From: Leptolyngbyaceae cyanobacterium
GTDB lineage: Bacteria > Cyanobacteriota > Cyanobacteriia > Phormidesmidales > Phormidesmidaceae
DNA length: 41,540 bases
Assembly: GCA_050331235.1 (NCBI GenBank)
Contig: JBHJHA010000082.1
Location: 1 to 41,540, forward strand
Direction: 5' to 3'
A program made the translations under genes and the position numbers. Under the pieces are notes generated by a model that made no database searches, had not been told where the DNA came from, and saw nothing but the letters and a program-made list of their open reading frames with translations. Position 1 is the stretch's first letter; every line of letters begins with the position of its first letter. Below, piece by piece: positions 29,655 to 39,001 of the stretch.

Positions 29655-29864
29655 GTTGTGTCTCAATCGACTTGGAAATTACGCAGAGATTGGTAACAAA
29701 TCCTTAATCCTGTTAGGTCTGGCTGCTAGGGTGATTTTCAAGAGGCGTATGATTGGCCTAATTAAGGTTTTTCGAAAAGTTCGCTCTCTGGATGACATGA
29801 CTGCCTATCCAGATGTGCTGACGCTGATTTTGCCTTAGGTGATTTTCATCAGTTCACTGCGTTC

Positions 29865-31928
29865 ATGCCTAATCCGGATTCCGTTGTCGAGTCGTTGCTT
29901 TGCGCTATTCCTCAACTGCGATCGCAGCTCTTTTTTAAGACTTCTTTGACGGCGCTCTCCCATGCGATGGAAGACCAAGTGCTGGCTGGTATCGAACAGC
30001 CCTTGGTGATTGCAAGTTTTCAGCAGGAGCGGTTTTATCGTCAAGAGGCGAGTCGCTATCAGCGCATTGCCGAAATCACCGACCAAGTTTATGTGTTGTC
30101 AGCGGCAAATACGAGCTTCGATCAAGGAGCTGACGCCTACGAAACGCTAACCTTTGAGAATGGCGATGCCTTGGCGCAGGAATGGCACTTAGTCGTCATC
30201 GGGGCGAAGTACAGTGCCTGTTTGATTTGTCGTGAGCGGGATGCGGCGATCGCGATCGCGCCGACCATTGTGCCCGGTTCGCCAGCTCTGGACCAAACTC
30301 GTCGCTTTGAGGGCATCTGGACCCAAGAAAGCATCGTTTGTCATCGGGCGGCCAATCTGCTGCTTGATCGCATCGTGAGCTACGAACCCGCCTTAGCCGC
30401 TAAAATTGAGGCGACGAAAAAACGATATCTGCTGCTATCGGCGACCACTGAAGACGTCAGGGGGGGAGCCGGTGCCGATCCATTCACCCAACGGCTGGTG
30501 ACCTACCTGCAGGCGGGACAATACAAATTACTCAAAGCTTACAAAGCGATCGCCATCAAAGAGCGGCGCGAACGGTTAGTAAACTCAATCACCGGGGCAA
30601 TTCGCCGCTCCCTCGATCCGCAAGAACTGTTTCAAATCAGTACCCATGAGCTAGGTGCAGCGCTGCAGGTTTGTCGTTGCGTAATTTATCGATATGCTGA
30701 TGGACAACCGGATGTCACTATCCGCCACGAATATCGTCAGGCCGGAGTGGCCTCAATCATAGGCGTTGACTGGCCGCTCACAGATAACTTGCTAATAGAA
30801 CGCATCAAGCAAGAGCGTGAAGCGATCGTGATTGCCAACACCTATGAGCCTCCCCAGGCGCTACAAACAGCGCTAGATGCCCTCAATTATCTGTTAGAAG
30901 AGTGGCAAATCCATGCCTGGGTCTTGGTACCATTGATTTATCAACAGCGCTTATTGGGCATGATTGAGCTCCATCATTGCCAAGACAGCGAGCATCAGTG
31001 GAGCGATGATGACCTGACCTTAGTTGAATCCGTTGCCGCTCAGCTCAGTGTTGCCATTATTCAAGCCGATGCCTATGCCCATTTACAAGAGCTCAACCAA
31101 CAGCTAGAGGCCCTTGAACGCACGCGCAGTAATCTGATTGCAATTACCGGCCATGAGCTGCGGACGCCGCTATCGACGATTCAAGTGTGTTTGGAAAGCC
31201 TCGCGACTGAGCCCGATATGCCTGAGGAGTTACGGAATACGATGCTGACCTCAGCATTGGATGACTCTGAGCGCATGCGTAAGCTAGTCCAAGACTTTTT
31301 GACTCTATCGCGGTTAGAAAGTGGGCGCATTGAGTGGAACTTTGAAGCCCTATCCGTCGGGGAATGTATCGATTTGGCCCTCAGCAGTGTGCAAGCGCGC
31401 CAGGGCGATCACCTCCCCAACGTCCAGATTGTGGTCGACCTTCCACCTAAATTGCCCATGGTCCGGGCTGATGGCGAATGGGTCGTGGAGGTGATCGTTA
31501 AGCTGCTCGATAATGCCTGCAAATTTACTGACGCCCAGGGACGCATTACCCTCTCTGCTCAGCGGGTAGAAGAAGACATGATTGAGATAGCGATCGCTGA
31601 TTCAGGCCGTGGGATTGAACCTTATCGCTTAGAAGCAGTGTTTGACCGCTTTTACCAGGAAGAGGGGGCGCTGCGTCGTACAACCGGCGGGACGGGCCTA
31701 GGGTTGGCCATGTGTCGGCAAATTGTAGAAGGCCTGGGAGGACGCATCTGGGCTACCTCTGAGGGCAAATCACAAGGCAGCCAGTTTCACTTTACGTTGC
31801 CTATTGCCGAGGGACGCGCTGCCCTACATGTACAAAGTCAGGTCGATGACTTAATCTCAGATGAGTCAGCTGCTGGGGAACTGTCGCTCCAAGAGCTAGA
31901 ACGCCGTAATCCCTACATTCTGGAATAA
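29865..31928 (+). CDS. DICT-GAF sensor histidine kinase
   Basis: FKTSLTALSHAMED/ASFQQERFY/EWHLVV (DICT), a GAF region, HELRTPL, LLDNACKFT and GGTGLGL. Confidence 0.92.
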   Translation: MPNPDSVVESLLCAIPQLRSQLFFKTSLTALSHAMEDQVLAGIEQPLVIASFQQERFYRQEASRYQRIAEITDQVYVLSAANTSFDQGADAYETLTFENGDALAQEWHLVVIGAKYSACLICRERDAAIAIAPTIVPGSPALDQTRRFEGIWTQESIVCHRAANLLLDRIVSYEPALAAKIEATKKRYLLLSATTEDVRGGAGADPFTQRLVTYLQAGQYKLLKAYKAIAIKERRERLVNSITGAIRRSLDPQELFQISTHELGAALQVCRCVIYRYADGQPDVTIRHEYRQAGVASIIGVDWPLTDNLLIERIKQEREAIVIANTYEPPQALQTALDALNYLLEEWQIHAWVLVPLIYQQRLLGMIELHHCQDSEHQWSDDDLTLVESVAAQLSVAIIQADAYAHLQELNQQLEALERTRSNLIAITGHELRTPLSTIQVCLESLATEPDMPEELRNTMLTSALDDSERMRKLVQDFLTLSRLESGRIEWNFEALSVGECIDLALSSVQARQGDHLPNVQIVVDLPPKLPMVRADGEWVVEVIVKLLDNACKFTDAQGRITLSAQRVEEDMIEIAIADSGRGIEPYRLEAVFDRFYQEEGALRRTTGGTGLGLAMCRQIVEGLGGRIWATSEGKSQGSQFHFTLPIAEGRAALHVQSQVDDLISDESAAGELSLQELERRNPYILE

Positions 31929-32327
31929 AATTCATCGCAGGGTAGCTTCCTTGGCAACGTCTCGACTCAAGGTCGCCGACAGCATTGCCCAAGACCATCT
32001 CTCAGCACAAACCGCATTATGCAGAGCATGCCTCCACCCCCAAACCCAGCGCTGGATCGATCTGCGCCGCATTCTCAGCAATGCCGCCATCAGGTGAAAG
32101 GTCAAAGGTCAGGGGCTTAGTGTGGGCCCACCCTTAGAATGTCGATCAGTGTCTTAACTCCCGGTTCAAAGTGACGCCTCACGAGTCGTCTTGACGAAAT
32201 TGGTCCCATTCAGCCGTTTACAACGGTTTGCTGAACTCTGAAGAACTGTTACTTTTCCGCAATAAGTCGATAAACGCGTCCTTGCCCGGTGATACGATGC
32301 CTCAAAACGGTTGAGAGATAACGTTTT

Positions 32328-32756
32328 ATGGCAGAAACTCTGACTGGACAAACTCCTAAATTTGGCGGTAGTACTGGTGGCCTTTTAACAGCAGCGGCTG
32401 TGGAAGAAAAATATGCCATCACTTGGACTAGCTCTAAAGAGCAAGTGTTCGAAATGCCTACAGGTGGCGCTGCCATCATGAATGAAGGCGAAAATCTACT
32501 GTATCTGGCACGCAAAGAGCAGTGCCTCGCATTGGGTGCGCAGCTGCGGACCAAATTCAAACCTAAAATCCAGGACTATAAAATCTATCGGATTTTTCCT
32601 AGCGGTGAAACTCAGTATCTGCACCCCGCAGATGGTGTCTTCCCCGAAAAGGTCAACGAAGGTCGTGAGACCATCGGCAAGAAAGATCGCAATATTGGTA
32701 AAAATCCTGATCCAGCAACCATTAAGTTCAGCGGTAGAGAGCCTTACGAGGTTTAG
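32328..32756 (+). CDS. psaD: Photosystem I subunit II
   Basis: [35 protein letters not shown] and [12 protein letters not shown] motifs. Confidence 0.98.
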   Translation: MAETLTGQTPKFGGSTGGLLTAAAVEEKYAITWTSSKEQVFEMPTGGAAIMNEGENLLYLARKEQCLALGAQLRTKFKPKIQDYKIYRIFPSGETQYLHPADGVFPEKVNEGRETIGKKDRNIGKNPDPATIKFSGREPYEV

Positions 32757-32801
32757 CACTAAAGCTGAGGTTGATTTTTAGTTCAAAATAGCTTGATTCT
32801 G

Positions 32802-32834
32802 ATGGGGGTGTAGCATTGCTATATCCCCATTTTT
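32802..32834 (+). terminator. psaD intrinsic terminator
   Basis: ATGGGGGTGTAGC-ATT-GCTATATCCCCAT (with G:U pairs) followed by TTTT. Confidence 0.7.
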
Positions 32835-32914
32835 GACTCTTCTCCTTAGCGAGTCAGTAGCGATCGCTCAGCGCCTAGCTGGCTAACTTGTGTCCACCGT
32901 TGCGTGTAGTCTTT

Positions 32915-34471
32915 ATGGTTTTTCCGAGCTTTGAGCAGTTTCAGGCTTTGGCCACCCAGGGCAACTTTATTCCTGTATATCAAGAGTTGGCGGCCGATAT
33001 CGACACGCCAGTAACGGCTTGGCACAAAGTCTGCAAATCGGCTCCCTACAGCTTTTTATTAGAATCCGTGGAGGGAGGCGAAAGGCTCGGCAGATATAGC
33101 TTTTTGGGATGTGACCCGCTATGGGTGTTGGAAACCCAAGGTAACACAACGACGCAAACTTTTAGGGACGGCACGGCTAAAACCTACAGTGGTGATCCGT
33201 TTGCAATTTTGCCCCAATGCTTGGCCCCTTATCAGCCGGTCAAGCTGTCAGAACTTCCGCCTGGCATTGGCGGTCTGTTCGGCTTTTGGGGGTATGAGCT
33301 GATCCAGTGGATTGAACCTACGGTGCCGATTTACGATCGCACTGCCACCGATCTGCCCGATGGTTTATGGATGCAAATCGATAGCCTGCTGGTTTTTGAT
33401 CAGGTCAAGCGCAAGATTTGGGTGATTGCCTATGCCGATTTGCGCCAGCCCGGACAAGATTTAATCGCCGCTTATCAAAAAGCCTGCGATCGCATTCAGA
33501 CTTTAGTGAACCAGTTAACCGCCCCCCACGGTTTAACCCCCCTGACGCAGTGGCATTCACCCCGACAAGGCGAAGCTGCCACCTCACTCACCTATCAAAG
33601 CAATCGGACCCAGGCAGAATTTTGTGCCGCGGTTGACAAGGCTAAGGACTATATCCGGGCTGGGGATATTTTTCAGGTGGTCATATCCCAACGCTTGACC
33701 ACTTCTTACCAAGGGCATCCCTTTGATCTTTATCGCTCATTACGGCTGGTGAACCCGTCGCCCTACATGGCGTACTTCCAGTTTCGCGACTGGCAGCTGA
33801 TCGGCTCCAGCCCTGAGGTCATGGTTAAAGCTGATAACGACCCCCAGTCATCGGAACACAAAGTGGCCACAGTGCGCCCCATCGCCGGCACCCGCCCCCG
33901 AGGACAAACAGCGCAGGCAGATGCCAACTATGCGGCTGACCTATTGGCGGACCCTAAGGAAATTGCTGAACACGTCATGCTAGTGGACCTCGGACGCAAT
34001 GATTTGGGGCGCGTTTGCCAAAGCGGCAGCGTTGAAGTAGACGAACTGATGGTAGTCGAGCGCTACTCCCACGTTATGCATATCGTGAGTAATGTCGTCG
34101 GGCAATTGGCACCCCACAAAACTGCCTGGGACTTGCTCAAGGCTTGCTTTCCTGCAGGTACTGTCAGTGGGGCCCCAAAAATTCGGGCGATGCAAATTAT
34201 CCATGAGCTCGAGCCTGACCGACGGGGTCCCTACTCCGGTGTATATGGCTACTATGATTTTGAAGGTCAGCTCAACACGGCCATCACTATCCGCACCATG
34301 ATTGTGCGGCCCGAGGGAGATGACCGACACTGCGTCAGCGTGCAGGCAGGGGCTGGTTTGGTGGCTGACTCAGTACCTCAATCAGAGTTTCAAGAAACGC
34401 TGAATAAATCCCAGGGAATGCTTGCTGCTATCCGCAGCTTGCAGGGCAATGCAGGCTCAGCCTTGCCCTAG
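32915..34471 (+). CDS. trpE: Anthranilate synthase component I
   Basis: FLLESVEGGE, GDIFQVVISQR, NPSPYM, RPIAGTRPRG, EHVMLVDLGRND and FPAGTVSGAPK motifs. Confidence 0.95.
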   Translation: MVFPSFEQFQALATQGNFIPVYQELAADIDTPVTAWHKVCKSAPYSFLLESVEGGERLGRYSFLGCDPLWVLETQGNTTTQTFRDGTAKTYSGDPFAILPQCLAPYQPVKLSELPPGIGGLFGFWGYELIQWIEPTVPIYDRTATDLPDGLWMQIDSLLVFDQVKRKIWVIAYADLRQPGQDLIAAYQKACDRIQTLVNQLTAPHGLTPLTQWHSPRQGEAATSLTYQSNRTQAEFCAAVDKAKDYIRAGDIFQVVISQRLTTSYQGHPFDLYRSLRLVNPSPYMAYFQFRDWQLIGSSPEVMVKADNDPQSSEHKVATVRPIAGTRPRGQTAQADANYAADLLADPKEIAEHVMLVDLGRNDLGRVCQSGSVEVDELMVVERYSHVMHIVSNVVGQLAPHKTAWDLLKACFPAGTVSGAPKIRAMQIIHELEPDRRGPYSGVYGYYDFEGQLNTAITIRTMIVRPEGDDRHCVSVQAGAGLVADSVPQSEFQETLNKSQGMLAAIRSLQGNAGSALP

Positions 34472-35044
34472 CATCATTTATCATTCTCTATCGTGAATTG
34501 CGCTGCATTGAGGAGTGGAGCCCAGCTCAGGTCACCCAGTAAACGCCGGGTAGATTTAGCGATCGTAAAGTTACACCCTGGTCAGTGCAGCTACTTAACC
34601 CGGCAAAGCCATGACAAATCAAGGTTCAGGGTTCTATGGGCCCATGTCTGACTATGGAGTCTCGTTAAAGAAGTGACGACGAATTGGGCATCAGTCGCAA
34701 GCTTGATTAAAGTATAAAAACTAGAGAAAATGACCGCTAGGGTTCTCGGTATCAGCGATTACCACTCCAGTAGCCGGACAGTGATCACCAGCAGCAGCGA
34801 GTTCATGAGTTTGGGCTGAGTCTGCGACAACGGTAACGGTGCTGGGTACACTGGGTCTATCTCGATGCCGGAGTGGGTCCCTTGCGCTTAACGTAGCTGG
34901 CTAAGCTAGCAGTTTTGCAATCTGAACGGGTGTAGTCTATTGCGAAGGATTTGAGTCAGCTCTACCTCAAGGGGTGGGTGTAGAGCTCGATGTATGGCTG
35001 TACTTCCTTGAACTGTGTATTCGTTGAACAACCATCGGGAGAAC

Positions 35045-35746
35045 ATGTTTGATCCCAAAGCCTTAAGTGAATATGCGCTCTCGCACATGGATGCTTCTAC
35101 CGAGAGCATTCAAACTAGCTTGAATTTGTTTCAGACTTTCAAGCGGCTGTATGAGCAAAATCCAGCTCTACTCAATGAAATTTTGAGCTTGGCTACAGTT
35201 GATAAGCAGATGCCTGTGCATCCGGGCAATTTCTCCTATGTGTTAGGGCTCGTCACAGACAAGCAAGCGCTTCTCATTACAAACGTTTCTGAGACCCGCT
35301 CTCAAATCTTTTTGCAACCCCAACTCAGTAATCAAATCTGGACGTTTGGTCGCGATCCCAATCAATCTTCATTACCCATTCGCGATCGCCGCTTGTCCCG
35401 GTGTCACGCGGCGATCCGTTACGATGCAGTTTGCGGGTTTGTCTTGTACGACTTGGGCAGTACCAACGGCACCTACGTCAACGGAGTCCGCATTCGTCAA
35501 AATCACGTGCTCAAGGACGGTGACCTTATCCGCTTAGGCAGCATGAATTTTGGCTTCTTTACAGGGTCAGAGTTTCGGCGTGTGGGGGAACCGAGCGCAG
35601 AAGTCTTGAGACATCTCAGCGAAGCCGTTGTACCGCCGACGGCCCCGATGGATGATCGCTCTGAGATGGTGACCGAAGAGGGGCTACCGCCCAACTTAGA
35701 GCAAACCCTCCATTTCATGAATCAATCCGAGTTTTCTCCAGATTAG
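35045..35746 (+). CDS. FHA domain protein
   Basis: FGRD, LSRCHA, DLGSTNGTYVNG and LKDGDLIRLG motifs. Confidence 0.9.
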   Translation: MFDPKALSEYALSHMDASTESIQTSLNLFQTFKRLYEQNPALLNEILSLATVDKQMPVHPGNFSYVLGLVTDKQALLITNVSETRSQIFLQPQLSNQIWTFGRDPNQSSLPIRDRRLSRCHAAIRYDAVCGFVLYDLGSTNGTYVNGVRIRQNHVLKDGDLIRLGSMNFGFFTGSEFRRVGEPSAEVLRHLSEAVVPPTAPMDDRSEMVTEEGLPPNLEQTLHFMNQSEFSPD

Positions 35747-35845
35747 GTAACCGTCACGACACCGGCTTTCAAGATGGTGGCCAGGATTTCAGACTGATTT
35801 CGCTATTTATGCTTGAATAGCAACAGTCTTGGCAGAAATGGTGTC

Positions 35846-36934
35846 ATGGGAAAGCGGTTGAGTTTTGGACATATTTGTGTAGGACTGTTGGCGATCGCGG
35901 TGTCCCCATCAGCAGCTGCCCAGGATGCTTTATTTGCACCGTTGCCTACACCCCTATCACCCGCCGCGCTGGAAACGGTGACGGATGTTGTCACTACGGT
36001 TGTCCCAGCTAAGCCTGCGGCTGACTTATCCACTGAGGTGTCGGCCAGCTTAGGCGTTGTCCATGAGTCAACCGCGGGACGATTTACCGTGGCATTGCCC
36101 AGCGATCCTGACCTGACGACACAGTCAACCCCTGTCTCCAATGGTTTACTCACTTGGCAGATTACAACCGCGCGGGCAGAGGGGCGCTTATTTGCGGTGG
36201 CTTATGCTGACTTACCGCTCGATACCTTGGTCTTAGGCAAGGAAGAAATCGTCAACAGCTTGGCCTCGCGATCGCTGATCCCCGAGATTGACTGGCAAGT
36301 GCTCACCGCCGCTGGGCATCCGGTTCGTCAGGGAGAGATTCCCGGCCGGGAGTTTGTGTATACCGCCAATGGACAATTTGTTGTACTGCGGCTGTATCTA
36401 GCCAATCGTCGAGTATACGCGGCGGTAGCGACATCTCCTGAGTTGGAAGAGATCGGCCAATTCATGTCATCGTTTCAGATGGATTCCTTGTGGCGGCCCT
36501 TCGTCAACGAAGCAGGGGGCTTTACCGTACGCGTGCCCATGGCCCCAGTGGTGACGACACGACCGATAAACTATCGAAGCCATGCTTTGGTGTGGCAGGA
36601 GTTCACCATTTATAATCTGATGGCTCCGGCTGATGCCTATCAAATTGCCTACACGGACTTGCCCGAGGTATCTACAGAAGCGGATGCCATCGCGCAGATC
36701 GATGAGATTGCGGGTCTGGTTCTCGCGGGCACAGAAGCGGCGGGCTTTGCCGCCAATGAAGCGCCCCTCTTGCTAGAAGGTCATACCGGGCGAGAGTTTA
36801 TAGCGATGGCAGGCGATGGGCGATCATTTATTTTGCGGTTTTATTTAGTAGATGACCGTCTGTATGGCATTTTGGCCAGCAGCCGCTCTTTGGAAAATCT
36901 CCAGACTTTCTTAGGGTCGTTCCAACTGCAATGA
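35846..36934 (+). CDS. Secreted protein with two tandem PsbP/Mog1-like domains
   Basis: Signal peptide; duplicated GxFTVxxPxxP...AYxDLP...GREF...LRxYL..RxY...FxxSFQ units. Confidence 0.7.
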   Translation: MGKRLSFGHICVGLLAIAVSPSAAAQDALFAPLPTPLSPAALETVTDVVTTVVPAKPAADLSTEVSASLGVVHESTAGRFTVALPSDPDLTTQSTPVSNGLLTWQITTARAEGRLFAVAYADLPLDTLVLGKEEIVNSLASRSLIPEIDWQVLTAAGHPVRQGEIPGREFVYTANGQFVVLRLYLANRRVYAAVATSPELEEIGQFMSSFQMDSLWRPFVNEAGGFTVRVPMAPVVTTRPINYRSHALVWQEFTIYNLMAPADAYQIAYTDLPEVSTEADAIAQIDEIAGLVLAGTEAAGFAANEAPLLLEGHTGREFIAMAGDGRSFILRFYLVDDRLYGILASSRSLENLQTFLGSFQLQ

Positions 36935-36989
36935 CAGGCGGTGAGCTTAACAGGACAAGTAATGGTGAGTTATTGAGGAAGTACTAACG

Positions 36990-37376
36990 ATGCTGCGCAT
37001 CAATCGGTTTATGCTCCTATTGGTTATGAGTGGGATCGGTGGGATCGCCCCCACTCAGGTTCAAGCCAGAATCGCACCATCCGCGACTACGACTCCCTCT
37101 TGGCCTCAAACCGCGGGCCTATTTCACACCATTGACGTACTTGAAGACGTCGATGATGTCATTGATGGCGATTTTGGTGACATTGATCCCGTCCGAGACC
37201 TGACAGAAAGTGTCGAAGATGCTGTTGATGACGTAAATGATACGATTCGCGATGTCACGGATATCCAGATTTATGAACCGTTTACCGGGATCGATGACGA
37301 GATTGAAGACTTCGTTGACGATGTGGATGATACGATGCGCCACATCTCTAACGACGTCGAAGACTGGTTCAATTAG
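36990..37376 (+). CDS. Small, very acidic secreted protein
   Basis: GAGGA RBS; signal peptide ending VQA; repeated DxVDDVxDTxR-like motifs. Confidence 0.7.
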   Translation: MLRINRFMLLLVMSGIGGIAPTQVQARIAPSATTTPSWPQTAGLFHTIDVLEDVDDVIDGDFGDIDPVRDLTESVEDAVDDVNDTIRDVTDIQIYEPFTGIDDEIEDFVDDVDDTMRHISNDVEDWFN

Positions 37377-37402
37377 GTGACCTGTTTACCCTATCAGCGG
37401 GG

Positions 37403-37996
37403 TCACGTCAGGGTTTGCACAACGGCCCAGAGTTCATCAGGAGAATGAACTTGATACGCCTGAATCCCCAATTTCTGCGCCGCGGCGACATTTTGAGCGC
37501 CATCATCAAAGAAGGCTACGGCGTCTGGTATGACACGCAGCTGAGTCAACACATGTTGAAAGATGGCTAGATCAGGTTTCATCAGTCCCAATTCGTGGGA
37601 CAAGAAAACCGCATCAAACGGCTCGTAAAAGTGATAGCGATCGCGCAGCTTTTGATAGTGAGCGGGATTGGTGTTCGATAGCAGTGACAGGTGATAGGTC
37701 TGCTTGAGATTTTGGAGCAGGCGATCGCAGTTCGCCATAGGCGCTTGGACAAATTCCAAAAATTCCGCCTGGACAATGCTTGGAGACACCTCCAGCCGAA
37801 ACTCTTGAATAAAGTCTCGGGCAAACTCGTCAAAGTTGGTGCGCCCCGTTTCAAAATCTACTGTACTTTTGGCATTGATCCAAAGCTGATGCAGTTCCTC
37901 AATCGGCACCGAACGTCCCAGCAGATGGCTGATCCGCTCGGACCATTGCAGCTGTACCAAGACACCGCCCATATCAGCAACAATGTGTGTAATCAT
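37403..37996 (-). CDS. HAD-family phosphatase (YihX-like)
   Basis: ADMGGVL, LLSNTN, MKPD and FFDD motifs. Confidence 0.9.
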   Translation of the reverse strand: MITHIVADMGGVLVQLQWSERISHLLGRSVPIEELHQLWINAKSTVDFETGRTNFDEFARDFIQEFRLEVSPSIVQAEFLEFVQAPMANCDRLLQNLKQTYHLSLLSNTNPAHYQKLRDRYHFYEPFDAVFLSHELGLMKPDLAIFQHVLTQLRVIPDAVAFFDDGAQNVAAAQKLGIQAYQVHSPDELWAVVQTLT

Positions 37997-38113
37997 GCGT
38001 GGTTGCAGTCCCGAATTTGGGGAAGACGCGGCTGATTAACCACACTGGAGAGGACTGCGACCCACCTGCCCCGCTGATATTGGGGCAAAGACATCAGGCT
38101 ACGTCGAGCCCTC

Positions 38114-38377
38114 CTAAACAATTTGTAAATCATTGGAGTCTGAGGTCTGGGCCAGAGCAGATTGTGCCCGCCGCTCCAAAAAGTCGAGCACCTCTGCGTA
38201 ACTGAGCTTAATTTGTGCGATGCCATTGACCTGTAAAACCCATGCGCCAGATCTATACCGTAACTGCCAAGGCGTGGTGGCCTCTAGCGGCTCAATGCAG
38301 TGCTCTTGCAAGCTTGTAGAACATTGGAAACCTAAGCTAGAAGCTCTCCGAAAAAGCATCTCAGGTGCTTGTAACAT
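38114..38377 (-). CDS. Small hypothetical protein
   Basis: ATG start; WQLRY...WVLQVNGIAQI...FLERR pattern. Confidence 0.6.
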   Translation of the reverse strand: MLQAPEMLFRRASSLGFQCSTSLQEHCIEPLEATTPWQLRYRSGAWVLQVNGIAQIKLSYAEVLDFLERRAQSALAQTSDSNDLQIV

Positions 38378-38519
38378 AATTCACAATCTGAAGTTTGTGC
38401 AGTAGGACTCAGGCAGCAGCGGGCAATCAGCGTGAAGGCGTTGTTTCAACTCCACGATAGGCTCTGTGCCGGCTAGTTTGAGCCGCCACCATATTTCCCT
38501 CGCTGCTTAGTTACCAAAA

Positions 38520-38610
38520 CCAGATGGACAGCCCCAATCATGCTTAAATAGCTTACATCGTCTGAGAACCAATCAACTTTCATAGAAGAGTCGTCGGTCT
38601 GGAGTCCGAC
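38520..38610 (-). ncRNA. Candidate PsrR1-like sRNA (boundaries approximate)
   Basis: Minus-strand ACTCCAGACCGACGACTCTTCTATGAAAG resembles, from memory only, the conserved PsrR1 block; lies in a ~620-bp intergenic region. Confidence 0.35.
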
Positions 38611-39001
38611 AAGTCAGGGATTAAGCTGCCCATCCATTCTTTGATACCAAAGTTTTTTGTCTACGGCTTAGAATAGGACAAAACTAGTATTTCATGTCTT
38701 TTCATAGAAACTGAGACATTAAACAAATGCTTAATCTCAAAAAGCTCAAGCACTTTTGAGATTTACTCAACTTAAAGGTGGATGCTCATCGCCTATTACT
38801 CGATGAATCATCGGTTGCGATCTGCCTGGTTGCAGCGCTGGCCATGATCCCTACAGGTCAATCCACAGATGGGGGATGTTAGGAAGGTCTCAGCAGCGCT
38901 TTTAGCAGACAGCATTGACCTCAGACTGATTATTCGGACTGATTATTTAGCTGTCTACGTTGGGGTGTCTGGCTGGTTGAGTTTTGCGTAATCATAACCC
39001 T

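Noticed and set aside
32210..32260. RpaB/HLR1 repeats upstream of psaD (and psaF)
   Set aside because: Only isolated TTTACA/GTTAC half-sites; I could not find a properly spaced pair.
38443..38489. Minus-strand GTGGC...GTTGAAAC resembling a V-K CRISPR repeat
   Set aside because: Single copy, ~47 nt rather than ~37, no spacer periodicity and far from the transposon. No CRISPR array is seen anywhere in the window.
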